From assembly GCA_976551045.1 (NCBI GenBank), contig CDPCPM010000133.1:3100001-3164000 (forward strand): a DNA stretch of 64,000 nt, written 5' to 3'. The stretch is from Glaucostegus cemiculus (taxonomy: Eukaryota). How positions within the stretch are numbered: the first letter of the stretch is position 1; each line of letters starts with the position of its first letter. The position numbers were made by a program, and so were the translations under genes. Below the pieces are notes generated by a model that ran no database searches, was not told where the DNA came from, and was given only the letters and a program-made list of their open reading frames with translations. Positions 38,874 through 51,763 of the stretch are shown here, one piece after another.

Positions 38874-39699
38874 TGTTTCTGTTTGAAAAGCTGGTGGGGA
38901 GGAATTTCACCTCATTACCATAGCCAACATTTCTCCCTTCCCTCAAAGGAACACAAATATTAACTGATAATTTTGGTGTTTGGGACTATCTCCCCACATT
39001 TAAAATAATTGCCACATTTTCCTTCAAAGTAAATTCACTGCAATGAAGCACTGAGTGATGTCATTTCACTTAACAAATGAATACCTTTTTAGCCATGTTC
39101 CTCTTTTGTTCCCAATCCATAGATTTCACAAAGCCAGACAAAGAATGGTTGGAGAATATGGGATAAAATCCATCCTTTGCCAGTTCCATACAGCATTGCA
39201 GCTGGCCTTTTAACCATACCATTGCAGTTCTACTGAATCATGTTCCAGAATAACAGCTTAACTAGTCTTTAAATTATTACAATAGTTCATTTAGGAGATA
39301 ACTGGCTCTAAACTTCAAAACAAATGTATGTAAACAGCAAAGTACTGGTTATTTAGTCTTGTACCCTATTCCTTCCCCTTTAAACCTGAAGCACTTACCC
39401 AAGTATAGAATCAAAGATTGATTCAACGCAAAATGTCAGTTGGCCTCACCTGCTTATGCCGGCTCTTCATTAGACTTGTTCAATTGAGGTTGTAGGTGGT
39501 CATTTTTCCTATCCCTTCGAAGTTTTAATCCAACTCTCCTGCCTCCACCTCTCTCAGGTAGCAATTTCATTATCCTCTTTTACCAGTAACTTTAAACCTG
39601 TGCCTCCTGTTAGTGACCGTGGAAAAACTTGTTTATTCTATTAAAACTGTTTATGATTCTGTTTCTGTGGTTACACAGTGTGAAATTGAACAGAGTACA

Positions 39700-41170
39700 A
39701 CTTTAAAAGAGGGCTAAAGTCAAGATTTTGGTCAGCATGGGAAGTGGTGGGTGAGTAGCCTTATTCTAAAATTTAGTTTAGTTCACCATTTAGAGCTAGT
39801 AATTTAACTTAGAACTTTACTAACTAAACATACTAGCAATTGATGTTAATCAGGCTGCCTGCTAGTTGCTATTAACAGTTAATTGGGTAATCAGCTGTAA
39901 CTGGTTACCTAACTAGGTAGTAATTACTGTCAGCTAGGATTACATACTTATGTATTTTGAAGCTCTCAAGTAAGCAGGTTTTGTTGATTTGTGCAGAGTG
40001 TAATTGTGCCAACTTCTAATGTCAGCACTTGAATTTGGTTCAGACAAAAGCAGCTGTTGCTATATGCCTCAAATACTAACAGTTTGTGGAAGCCTTGGGC
40101 AGTAAGTATTTAAATTTTGTCAAATGCTTAGTCTTAAAAAAGAGAACATGTAGTAGTCTGAAAGTTAGTTACGTACTTGGAGTTTAGTTAAGAGTTTAAC
40201 TGTTGATATTTAAATATTTGGATATATTAACCATGATTTGATGGTGATGAGAAAGCAGATGATGTGTTGCAACTGCAGCATGTGAAAGTGTGTGGAAATC
40301 ACTGAGAATCCCAGCAACCACACCTGCAGTAGGAAGTTGAAGTGTGAGTTACAGCCATTAGAGAATATGAAAAGGGGATAGGAGTTATCTGGACATTTTG
40401 ATGGATAGAAATGTGACAGAATTAAACAGATGGGGATGTAGCAATGCAAGAGTCTCTTTCCAATGGATACATAGTAATTATTGCCTTCATCAGATTGCTT
40501 ATCCAGTCTACACATTGATAAAGTCATTGTGACACAGGAGACTATAAAGTGGAATTAATGAAAGGGAATATGGAACAACATAATCAGTTGTGATCAAGAG
40601 ACTCCAGAGGCCGTGTTGCCTGCTTGGTGCCAGTGCCAAGAACATCAGAGTCCTGAGACCAAGTTCTCCTCCAGGAAAGGTTCCAGTTACTGTGGTCCAC
40701 ATAGGAACCAACTACCAGTGTTGGTCTAGGAATGAGGTTCTGTCAAGGGACTCTGAGGAGCTAAGGACCCAATTAAAATTCAAAAACTTGAGTAATAACC
40801 TTGATAAGCACTCAAACCACACATAAATTGACGTAAGAGCAGAGGATTAAATGCATCACTCAAAGAATGGTATGGGAGGACAGGATTTCTACATGGAACT
40901 CACTTGCACCAGTTATCAGAGAGAAAGGGTATGAGGAAAGAGTGTTATTCCCTTGTGATGGGCTGCACTTTTTCTTGGCTGGGACTAACGTCCTGTAGAG
41001 GCAGATACTTGAGGCTGAAAATAAGGCCTTAAGCAAATAAAACAATGGTGTGAAGGGAGAAGAGGCAGGTTTCAAGTGAGGAAATGTCTTTTTAGATTTA
41101 GAGGGAAAGAATGAGACCGCAGAGGAAAGTAGCTGTTTGGGTAATGAATTAATCATGCAAGGATGATGAA
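39700..41170 (+). mobile_element. 5' part of an ancient CR1 LINE (ORF1 remnants)
   Basis: MCCNCSM motif near 40262; ORF 40590..40826 CCLLGASAKNI..VVHIGTN resembles the SGNH esterase domain of CR1 ORF1. Confidence 0.7.
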
Positions 41171-41199
41171 TTCAACTGTGATAGTGATCAATACACAAG

Positions 41200-42860
41200 G
41201 ATTGTGGAGCATCCTTATAAAATTTGCCTGCCTGCAAAACAAAATGTCTCCATCTTGCTTCTACTACATGATGGCATTCAAGCCATGATCTTAACTACTG
41301 GGTTCAGAACAGTCTCAGTGCAGACTAGTGTCAAGCAAGGCTAAGACTTTGCTCAACCTTTCTCACCACAATGCTCCACCTCACCTCCAACCAGCTTCCT
41401 AGTGGAGCTAATCCATAGGACAGATGGGAAACTTCAGCTTCCACCCAGAACAAAGATCACAGTAACTTCAGTCCTTCAGCTGCAATATTGCAGATGATGG
41501 TTGCATATGTGCATGTTCAGAGGCCAAGCTGCAATTCACCTGACTCATTCACTGAAGCAAATAGGAGGATGATCCTTGCAGCTTAACGTCCAGAGACAGA
41601 TGCCCCCCATTGTAGAATGCCATTTCTCAACAAAATTCACCATCGTCTCAAGTCCCACCAGCACTGCCTATGGCTGTTAAAGGAGAAGGATCATTGAAGA
41701 TGATGATGAAAGGGATTGAGTTCAAGAGCAGAGAGGTGATGATGCTGCTTTACAAAACTCTAGTTAGGCCGCACTTGGAATATTGTGTTCAGTTTTGGTC
41801 GCCGCATTATAGGAAGGATGTGGAGGCGTTGGAGAGGGTGCAGAGGCGTTTTACCAGGATGATGCCTGGATTGGAGGGTATGGAATATAAAGAGAGGCTT
41901 AAGGTGTTAGGGCTCTACTCATTAGAGAGGAGGAGGATGAGAGGGGACTTGATAGAGGTGTTTAAGATATTGAGAGGAATAGATAGAGTTAATAGTCAGC
42001 GCCTCTTTCCCAGAGCGCAGATGCTCAAGATGAGAGGGCATGCCTTTAAGATAATAGGTGAAAAGTATAGGGGAGACGTCAGAGGGAAGTTTTTCACCCA
42101 GAGAGTGGTTGGTGCATGGAATGCACTGCCTGGGGTGGTAGTGGAGGTAGATACGTTGGACAGGTTTAAGAGATTGTTAGATAAGCACATGGAAGAATGT
42201 GGAATAGTAGGATATGAGGGTGGAAAGAGTTAGTTTGGGAGATGTTTGTAGGATGGCACAGCTTGATGGGCCGAAGGGCCTGTTCTGTGCTGTATTGTTC
42301 TATTGTTCTATAGTACAAAGCTCATGGTCTGTCAGGTAACAGTGATTTCCCCATTCCTCTGTGTGCATCTGAGACAAGGACTGCCTGCATCAGGCATCAA
42401 GCAGCTGGAGGGCTACGGTAACACTATCACTGCTAAAACCTGTAGCAGAGGTTAGTCAACATCAAGGTCCTCTTCCCAGGCCTACATCCCCAGAAGTGAC
42501 ACCTTAATTAAACTCTGTTGGCTCTGATGGTCAGGTCACATTGTTTAAGTGTCCAGCACAGGAAAAAAACACTACTCCAACCTCTATCACAAGAAGAATT
42601 TACCAGGTGGAGAGAGGAAATGAGTGAGAGATATAAGTAACAGCTTTCTTGAAAATGACCTTGCCGACAGATGGGTATATCTGGCCCAGGACCACTCAAA
42701 ATGGAGGACCTGAGCACACAGAAATTCGGTATACACCAGCTCCCAGACTACCCACCCACCTGCCCCATCAAGTAGTTCCTGTCCCACCTGTGGCAGAGTC
42801 TACAGTTCTCAATGGAAGCAAGTCAGCCTTGATCCTGTGGAACTGCTTAAGAGGTAAATA
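41200..42860 (+). mobile_element. Degraded RTE LINE interrupted by a young CR1
   Basis: caagccatgatcttaact..gtgtcaagcaagg (QAMIL..VKQG) and gcaatattgcagatgat; resumes after 42312 with acaaagctcatggtc; homologous to 32490-33831. Confidence 0.7.
41709..42312 (+). mobile_element. Young 5'-truncated CR1 LINE
   Basis: Uninterrupted ORF to 42233 (LVRPHLEYCVQFWSPHY..FFTQRVVGAWNALP); tail GGGCCGAAGGGCCTGTT plus (attgttct)n. Confidence 0.95.
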
Positions 42861-42899
42861 ATGCAGCAGAAAACAAAGACGATTCAAGATAATATGTTT

Positions 42900-44980
42900 A
42901 AAAATCTAAAATTAACAGCATTTTTTCTGCAATTAAAAATAGTTTGCAACTAAATAGACAAACAAGATGACAAGTACATTTGACCTACTAATAGCTGTTA
43001 CATACACAAGGTGACCAAAGGGTGGAAGTTTAATATTCAAGGTTTATTTGAGAATCGCAAGAACTGAGAATGGAAGATGATAAAAGGTAACAAAGAGCAG
43101 TTGTAGGAATTATTGTGGATCAGAAGAAAAGGAAACAGAATCAGCATGGATTGGAGATAAGACTATAATAAAGGTCTAAAATATCATTTAGAGCCCCCTG
43201 AAAAGCAGCAAGATAATTGGAGAAAGTATTAAATCAAGAAATAAGAAAAGCTTGTAATAAACATAGGAGTTTAATTTTATTTGACTTGACAACTCAAATC
43301 TAGAATCTTCTGTGGATTGATTCCTGGAACCAATCAGGAAAAAATATTTCTTTGATCCTGTCAGCTAATTTCATAGGAAGGAATCCCTTCCTAGAGGAAA
43401 TGTGTTTTTAAAAAAAATGGAATTTTATATACAGCTCAAGGGAGATGATAGGATAGTTTTCTCTGCAGCCTTAGTTTCTGACTGCTGTATTGCTTTTTCA
43501 ATTTGAAGCTAACAGTCATAGTCTAAGGGATACATTGTTTCAAGACTAGGACTGAGAAACTAGATTAAAGTGTTTGCCTGTAGATAAACAATGGCAAACA
43601 TTTTGAAGAAATATTTTAGAATTCTCAATAAATGTGCATTCTGTTGAAAATTTAAAAACTCCATGAGAAAAGTTGACCTCTTTATTTAGCTGCAAATGGA
43701 TAAGATTAAACTAAAAAATGGTTTACAATGCCGTCATGAAGAAAAGATTAGAATTGTGGAAGCAGCAATGAATGACTAAAAAAGTTATAAAGAAATAAGA
43801 AAAAGTAGCACAAAACAAAAATAGTTGTTCCTGCAGTATTTAAGAGTACCAGGAATTAAATGTAAATCCCATGAAGGAAATGATTGGAGAATTAAAATAG
43901 GGAATGAAGTGGCTATGGCATTAAATATTTTGTATGTCTTTACTGCAGGAGATGCATGGACTGTAAGAAGCTTAGTTATTAACATCACTATAAAACTACT
44001 GGAGAAACTAAGGGAACGAAAAGTAGACAAATATACTCAACCTGATACCTCCTGTTGCAAGACCTGAAAAGAGGCAGCTGCAAAGATGGTAAATACAGTA
44101 GTATAGATTTTCTAAACTTCCCTAATTTCTGCAAGTCTCTGCAGATTAGAATGTAGCAACTGTATCATTGTTATCTAAGGAGACATACAACAGGTTACTG
44201 TCAACAAATTAGTCTGTAATCTGTTGCTGGCAAAATCATTAAGGATTCAGTGATATAGCAGTTAGAAAATCGTAAGATTCATGCTGATGCCACTAATCAT
44301 ATGAGGAGAAATTTATCAAGTTTGAGAATGTATCCAGCACTAAGTGACGTAAATACGAATTACAGAAATCATAGGGATAAACAGAGTTTTCAGGTGGGTG
44401 ACTGCTGTACTATTGGTTTTGATGAAAAGACAGAGCAACCAATTCAAGTTTGTTGCCAACACAAAAGCTTCATAAGGATGTGAGCTGTCTAGAGAATGCA
44501 GAAAGTCTGGAAAGAAACAAAGACAATTGGAGTAAGTGGGTAGAAAAGTGGTAGATGGAGTATAATGTGAGAAAATGGGAAAACAGTAAGTGGCACTGTA
44601 ATTGTTGCTGTACAGAGGGCCATTAATGTGCTGGTTCATGAGGTGCTGAAAGTAAACGTGGTTATTAGCAATGTTAGGAAGGCAAAAATGGTATGTAGGA
44701 CTTTATCACAAGCGTTTGGAGTTCAAGAGTAAGAAAGTTGTGCTGTGATTGGCAAGAGCAGTGAACTGCTGTGTGCTGTTTGGGTCTCTGTACCTGAAGG
44801 AGGATATGCATGCTTCAGGGAGTGCAACATAGATTTGCCAGATATATCATTGAAATAATTAAGATCAAACAATGCAGAGATCAGAGAAATGGGACCTAAA
44901 ACACAGCATCAAACCCGATCTTACTGAATAGCAAAGCAGGCTTGAATTGCTGTCTGGATTACTCTCGCTTCTCTTATTAA
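42900..44980 (+). mobile_element. Degraded CR1 ORF2 (endonuclease to 3' tail)
   Basis: GWKFNIQG-like remnant near 43020, LKEAAAKMV..DW.VA.V-like remnant at 44060-44180, CR1-like 3' end near 44930. Confidence 0.7.
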
Positions 44981-46379
44981 CACTCATCATATCTCTTAAC
45001 CACCTATACAAGGAAGACAACTACACCTTCACCAGTTCATCAGTGGCTGATAACATTCTAATAATGCCTTCTATAACAAGGCCTTAATAGGCTTCCTAAA
45101 GTTTGATGCCGTTATTGAATACAGTGCTCATGATGTAACCAGCAAGGTATGAAGGTTTAGCAGATCCATGTACCTTCTGTACTCTAGTCAGTGGGAGGCA
45201 AGGTTCCCAAATCCCTTTACAGCCTTCTCAACTGGAACTGCCATCTTCAAAATGATAATGTACACCATCTCAGCTCTCCATGTTCTTGAAACTGTCATTT
45301 AATCACATTGAACACCGTCCTGGCTAACAGTTCCAGTATAGATTATTGAGTGGCGAATGGGGCCAGAAACCAAGGGCAAATTTTTCACTGGCCTCAACGA
45401 GCTTAAAGATTGACATGAAACTAAATGACCAGTCTAGGTCAGCTCCTCATTGACAGCACAGCTGAGCAACCAGGGAAGCCCCCTTTGTTGCTATCACTCA
45501 ATCATGCTTGCAATGTTTTTCACGTATAGAGTTGGTTATTGTTTGGAGAGCAGTGTGTTAATTCCCATCTGCGGTAAAACACTGGAGTGAGAAAAAGGTA
45601 TGAAGGAGTGGCTTCACAAAGGACAGAAAGGTGTAGAATGCCAGATCTCAAGGTTCAAGTGGTAGAGAAACAGAAATCATGTGCAACGCACTCTCAAAAG
45701 AAACTGAGATGAGTAACAGAAGCACCCCCTTTTCCTCAATATCAGCTGAAATGTGGGGTTTGGGAATGGACTGGAGATATGGCGAAGGGGACCAATAAGA
45801 TGAAAACAGAAATGTGTAAACGAGAGAATTATCTGATGAGATCCACGATTCCCTCGCCAGAAGGGTGGCACTGTGGAACAGCAGTTAGTGCTGCTGCCTG
45901 ATTGCTCCAGGAACCTGGGTTCAGTCCTGACCTTGAAACTTTGAAACTACTGTCACAAAGCAAGGGTGCAGTTTCCTCCACATGTCCAGTTTCCTGCTAC
46001 ACATCTCAAAGATGCAGTGGTCAGTTAATCAGTCACTATAAATTACCTTTTAGTGTAGGTTAACTATAAAAAGAATCTGAAGGGAGTTCACGGTATGTAC
46101 GAGGGCAAAGTTATAAGTACAGGGGGTTAGGACTACTAATGGGACTGATCCCCAGGGAGCTGGCATCAACCCAGTGGCTACCTCCCTTGTTATAAGAAGT
46201 TGAACTTCAAGCTATTTCAAAGATTCCTCCACACATCAGCAACCCTCAAACCTGCTTCAACAGTATCTTTGCTGAAATATAATTTTTAAAAACAAATAGT
46301 TATATTCATTTTTTTTTAAATACATTTTTGTTCAATTTGAACAAATAAATTCAACTTGATTCTTAACCAGTAAAACTTC

Positions 46380-47720
46380 CTTAAAGGTACATAGCTCCCC
46401 TTCAATGGAAACAGAAAATAGTTACCCAGCCCAATCTCACCTTCCATAGCCTTACAGGCAACAGCTTTTCATGTACACATTGAAGCACTGAATTCTGCTT
46501 CCTACAACCAATAAGTACAAAAACTCAAGTTCCCTCTAATTCTTCTACCAATTATTTTAAATCTTTGCCTCCTGGATCTTGACCCCTCTGCTAAGGAAAA
46601 CGTCCTTTCTAATTACTTTAACCAGGCCCCTCAATTTTATATACCTCCATTAAATCTCCCCTCAGCCCTCCTCTAAAGAGAACAACCCCCAGCTATCTTT
46701 TATGTAGTGTGGTGACCAGAATTGTGCACAGTGCAACTGCTGCCTTAAACAGTTCTAGTATAACCTTATTACATTCTATGTCTCAGCCAAAGAAAAGCAT
46801 CTTGTATGTCTTTTTACCCATCTAATTAACCAGTCCTCCTACCATTAAGGGCCTGGGGACATAAACTCAAAAGCTCCCATTTCTCCTGAACACTTCTTTA
46901 GCCCATTGCGCCTCCCCAAATGCACTGCCTAACACTTATTCAGACGGAATTCTAGGTGCCATTTTCTGCCCAAATGACCAGTTCATTGAAATCCAACAAT
47001 ATAAAGTATTCCTCAGTGTCACCCACATGGACAATGGTTGTATCATCAGTAAGTATATTTATACACCCTACATTAGTATAACCATAGTATATATAACCAT
47101 ATATAGTATAAGGCATTAGTATAACCTACAAATAGTGAGAGATCAAGCATCAAGTCCTATGAAGCATCACTGGAAACAGCCTTCCACTTGCTAAAACGCC
47201 CATCAACATAACCCCTTGCTTCTTGCTCCCAAGCCAGTTTTGAATCCAATATGCCACTTCCCCTTGGACTTTAATGTTTTAAAGCAGCCAACCATGGTAG
47301 GAACTTCTCAAAAACCACACTGAAATAGACCTTCACAAAAAATTAAACTTAGGTTGTCTCTTAACAATTCCACACTGTCTGTCCTTGATTAATCCGTGCC
47401 TTCCTAAATGAAGCTTATGTTGCCCTACAGAATTGATTCCAATAATTTGGCCATGACCAAAGTTAAACTAACTGGCCCGTACTTCCTCCTTTACACTACA
47501 GCTTAATGTTGACAGTTAACGAACATTAGCAGTCCTGCACCCTCTGGTTCTGCATCTGTAGCCAGGGAGGCTTGAACAAATGGTGGTCAAAACTTCTGCA
47601 ATTTCTTTCCTTGCTTTTAACAAGCTGGGCTGGATTTCGTCCAGGCCAAACCCCATTCAGAGATGCTCATTTCTTTAATACTTACCCTCATCCATATTTC
47701 ACTCTCCCTCTTCAAGTACA
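46380..47720 (-). mobile_element. Degraded CR1 LINE
   Basis: aattttatatacctccattaaatctcccctcagcc, gaccagaattgtgcacag and gtatcatcagtaa match reverse CR1 RT/3' sequence. Confidence 0.7.
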
Positions 47721-49019
47721 CGGACAGCATTGCGTTCCCTCTTTTGCAAAGATAGACGCACATAGAGGTTATCTTTTACTTTATATAATTACTGCCCAGA
47801 TAAATGAGCACATCGTCGGCCTTACCTTAGGCAAAATATCAAATAGACTCCTGTGAATTCCTGTGGTGTGAATCACTTTGAGACATTTTTATACACCTGG
47901 CATGTGTTCTAGGTGTGTAGTCATAAATAGGAGAATTTTCTTTATTATTTTGGAATGAATTTTTGTGCTCAAGACTGAGAATAATTCCCAGTGTTTGCTT
48001 CTGAGCTCAGTATTGCAAATTCTCATGTAACCAGTGTAGTACAGACATGATTTTCCACAAAACTCTTTCTACCCAGGCCTTGTCCTGTAATGCAGTCCAG
48101 AGATCTCTCCATTTTGCACACACCATCTGTCCAAGTAACACAGACAATTCACATACACGCCCCATGTCCACAGAAAAATACTGAAACTGTTTCAGATTAA
48201 TTCTTAGCAATCTTCTTTCCTTCATGGCCATTCAGTCCCACTAGTCTGTCCTTCCATTCAATGAGAGAACTGATCCATAGTTAAACCACATTTAGGTACA
48301 GATCAGACAATCTTTACCTCTCAATAAACTTATTTAATAAAAAAATCTATCACTCTTAGCCTGAAAAGGTCCAACTGCCCCTCAGTATCCACAGCCTTTC
48401 GAGAAAGACTGTTCCAGACCTCATGAAAGTGTTTCTTCAATTTGCCTCTAATTGTCAGACTGCAACCATCATTCCCGATTCCCCCAACCCCCACCCAATG
48501 GTTTTCCCATCTTATTTTCCAATTCTTATCCTCTGCCTTGGGAGAGTTTATATCCCCCTGGAGTTAGAACATGGAAAAGACCAATAGTGAGTGGAATCTT
48601 CCTCTTTATTCAGGAATTCTTGTGGGGAATTTTCTTTGCTTAGAGGGGGAGTGGGAAAGTGGAGCTGGAGAATACTGTTCTTTACTCGTTTGCGACCACA
48701 TTCACCTGTCCACTACACAATTTTTTTTCTTTCACTTGACATTTCGGAGGTGATTATACAGATGGTCAACTTGGCATTGTCTCACCCAAATATGCCCTTA
48801 CAATCCTCCGCAGCCCTCCATGTTTCCCTCTCCATAGCTCATGAGCTCTTGTGTGACCCAAATGGCTTGCCAGCAGAGTACACCTGTTACCCCAACAAAC
48901 CGGCAGAGGGAAGCAACATAATGCGTTTACAGCTGTATAAATAATGATTGAACACACTGGCTTCAGCCTCAACTGATGTGGAGGATTAGAGGAACGAGAC
49001 AAGAGCACAAAGCTGCATT

Positions 49020-51641
49020 GTTTTTAGGGACTGTATTAAGATGCACTTTGAATTTATACAGTCAACTTAAAGTCTTTCAATTTGAGAGAGACTTTCTTAC
49101 CAAATAGCTTATTAATCTCAAGTAGGACAGCAGTAATATTCTGTACACAAAATCGGAAAATACAATAACACCTGACAAGGTACTGTTTTTAAAAAAAATA
49201 AACAAGTTAAAACACTGGGATTTGAACAGATATGTGCAAATGGCTGGTATTTCTCTCAATAGGTCTCCCATGTATTAAATGAGCAAAACAATACCTACCA
49301 TTTATAACGTAACACTGTTAAGCAAAAAGATGCTTTATCAAATCACCCTCAAACCAACAGCCTTGCATTGGATTGGAGATAGTAGGGAAAGCAGAACCGA
49401 ACTCATGCCAAGTGAGAACCTGGCTAAATGTAAAAGTACAACCTCTGTAGGGTTTACAACTCCAGACACTTGTGTCTGGTTGCTAGCATGCATCATCCCT
49501 GAAGCTTAATTGATTGGCTTTAGAAATTTAGGATGAATCTGCCAAAGAAATTGACCCCATTTTTGTTTTTCCTTGCTCCAAGAGTTAACATCACTGTGAT
49601 TGGCAATATCTGATGGATGGATCAGCTTCTCCTTCCCGAACCCGGACCAAACATATCATCAGCCCTTGCCCATGATGTGTAGGCACAGGGCTGAGAAACT
49701 GGAGGACACAGACTTCCTGGAACAAGTATACAGAAGAGTAGGTACCTTTACAGAGGAGAACAGTAAGGAGAGCCAGTGGGGGGAGGAAGGAAATGAGAAG
49801 CATGGGTGAGAGGGAAACAGGAATGAAAGAGGAGAAGGAGGAAAGAAAATAAGGAAAATTGAGGAGCCAGTAAGCATGAATGGAACAATTTTAATCTACA
49901 GAGAACTTTTAACAGAACCAAGGACGAAAGCAAAGATAAAAAGCAATGAGAGGGGGATAGAAAGTATGGGAAGGGGCCTTGCAAACAATCTCCTAAATGG
50001 GCATCCTCAGAAGCTTAAACCTTTGAGTTACAACACTTCCCCTCAATTTATATACTCTGGCTTTAAAAGGTCATTGGAATTTCAATATTCAAGCCTTTTG
50101 ATGTTTGTAATAAACCAGCTTACTTGACATTTAGCAAAAAAAAATTGCATCACAAGGTTCATAAAAACATTAGCTTCAGGAAGAGTGAGTCATTACCAAT
50201 AGCAATGAGATTTGGGACTTGCCCCTCTCCTGAAGGCACCAATTCTAACCTGGCTGTGTCGGTTCTGTGATGCCAGGGTAGAGGGGTTCCAGTATGGTAG
50301 GTGTAAGGGGAGGGGAGTGCCAGGGTCCCTGGCAGCTCACCATTACCTTATCCATAGACCATTTGTTATCCTTGAGCATCAACATTGACTGGTGGGAGAC
50401 CTTACTGCTGAGCACAGCCCTGCTCGTGTCCTGACTCACTTTCCAACTAGAGGCATGACCAGGATTTCACCATTCTGTGTGGCAGAATTCTACACCGTGC
50501 ACAGCTACAACCTGCTATTGTTGTATAATTTTGGATAGGTACCTCCAGATTACCAGTAACATACAAGAACTATTGGATACAGCATTCAGATATGGAGAAT
50601 TTTCCAGGGATGTGGTAATTCTGAAAGTGGGTCAAAGCCCAGTCTCAGCAAACATCCTTCAAGATACAAGAAGGTAGTCCAATGGCACAAATTTGTTGTT
50701 CCAGCACCCTAAAACACTGTAAATTGGAGGCCATGTAAGGGGGAATTTACTGGCTCTGCCCTGCTAACACAGGAAAGAAGCTGAGAACTATGAACCCTCA
50801 CCAAGAACAAGGATGTGTTCTTTATTCCAAACCAGGCTAAATTAAATCCAATGTATAATATGCAAGCTATGGACTTCATACCTGGATTGTAGGGCACCAG
50901 GATCAAGTATTCCGTCTACTTGACAAACCACAGGAGTCTCCAGGTGCCCCCAAACCAACATATGAAATGCGAGTCCTTTCCACAAGAATCCTGAAGGATT
51001 CTGAGTTCTCAGGGGAGCAGGGTAACCCTGGCTGGGGTTCACTTTGTGACCTAGGATGGTGTATGATACCGAGGGTGATTGATAGTGGTAGGAGTTACTT
51101 ATGGTAGATTGTACTGGACTTGATAATACATCATAGCGTTGGGGGTGGGGTGGGTGGGATAGGGATGGTATACTTTGGTTGGGGGCAGAACACTGTAGTG
51201 GGCCAGTACATTAGAGAGGGGTAGGGTTAGGAAGAGTACATTGTAGCTGGGGAGGGAGGTAGTTTACGAACTGTACACTATGGAGGGTACCGGGGGTTAA
51301 TGATGGTGATGAGGGATATTATGCTGAGCAGAATCTGTAGAATCAGTTCCAGAGTTTACAAGTTCTGGTTAGGATCATGCTTTTCTTGTCCCTCGGCCTT
51401 ATGTCCCTAACCTCTGGCGTTATTCTCCCTGAAACAACACTCAATGCAACAGGAACAGCCTTCCACGAGCGTGCAAAGAAAGTGCAAATATGTACAAGTG
51501 AGCACAGCACTCCCCCCACCTCCTCACCCCACCACCCTCTCCCCGGATGAAAACACGTGATGTTTCCAAAGAATGTTTAAAGAAGGTCAGGAGTGCAGTG
51601 GCTGGCTGGACTAGCTGTTAGCTGCTCCTGGTGACTTGCTG
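49020..51641 (-). other. CHD5: Probable CHD5 3' UTR (about 2.6 kb)
   Basis: No obvious transposons; TGTA/U-rich end; variant poly(A) signals TATAAA (plus 49053-49058) and AATACA (plus 49032-49037) followed by a GU-rich tract. Confidence 0.5.
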
Positions 51642-51763
51642 TCAATCTTCGATGCAGATTACATCACTGACTTTATCTTTCCTTTCTCCTGCTTCCATTT
51701 CCTTCAGTCCTTCCGACAAGTGCTTTTTATCTGGGACACTCACAGCAGAAATATTTGTGGTCG
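51642..51763 (-). CDS. CHD5: CHD5 terminal coding exon (ATTNISAVSVPDKKHLSEGLKEMEAGERKDKVSDVICIED*)
   Basis: tttgcag| acceptor in the correct phase; open frame to TGA; ends in VICIED, like the CHD3 C-terminus. Confidence 0.85.

Noticed and set aside
41670-42233. 187-aa ORF as a host gene
   Set aside because: It is the C-terminus of a CR1 ORF2 followed by a LINE tail
47070-47130. Short repeated TAGTATAACC units
   Set aside because: Low-complexity slippage inside a degraded LINE
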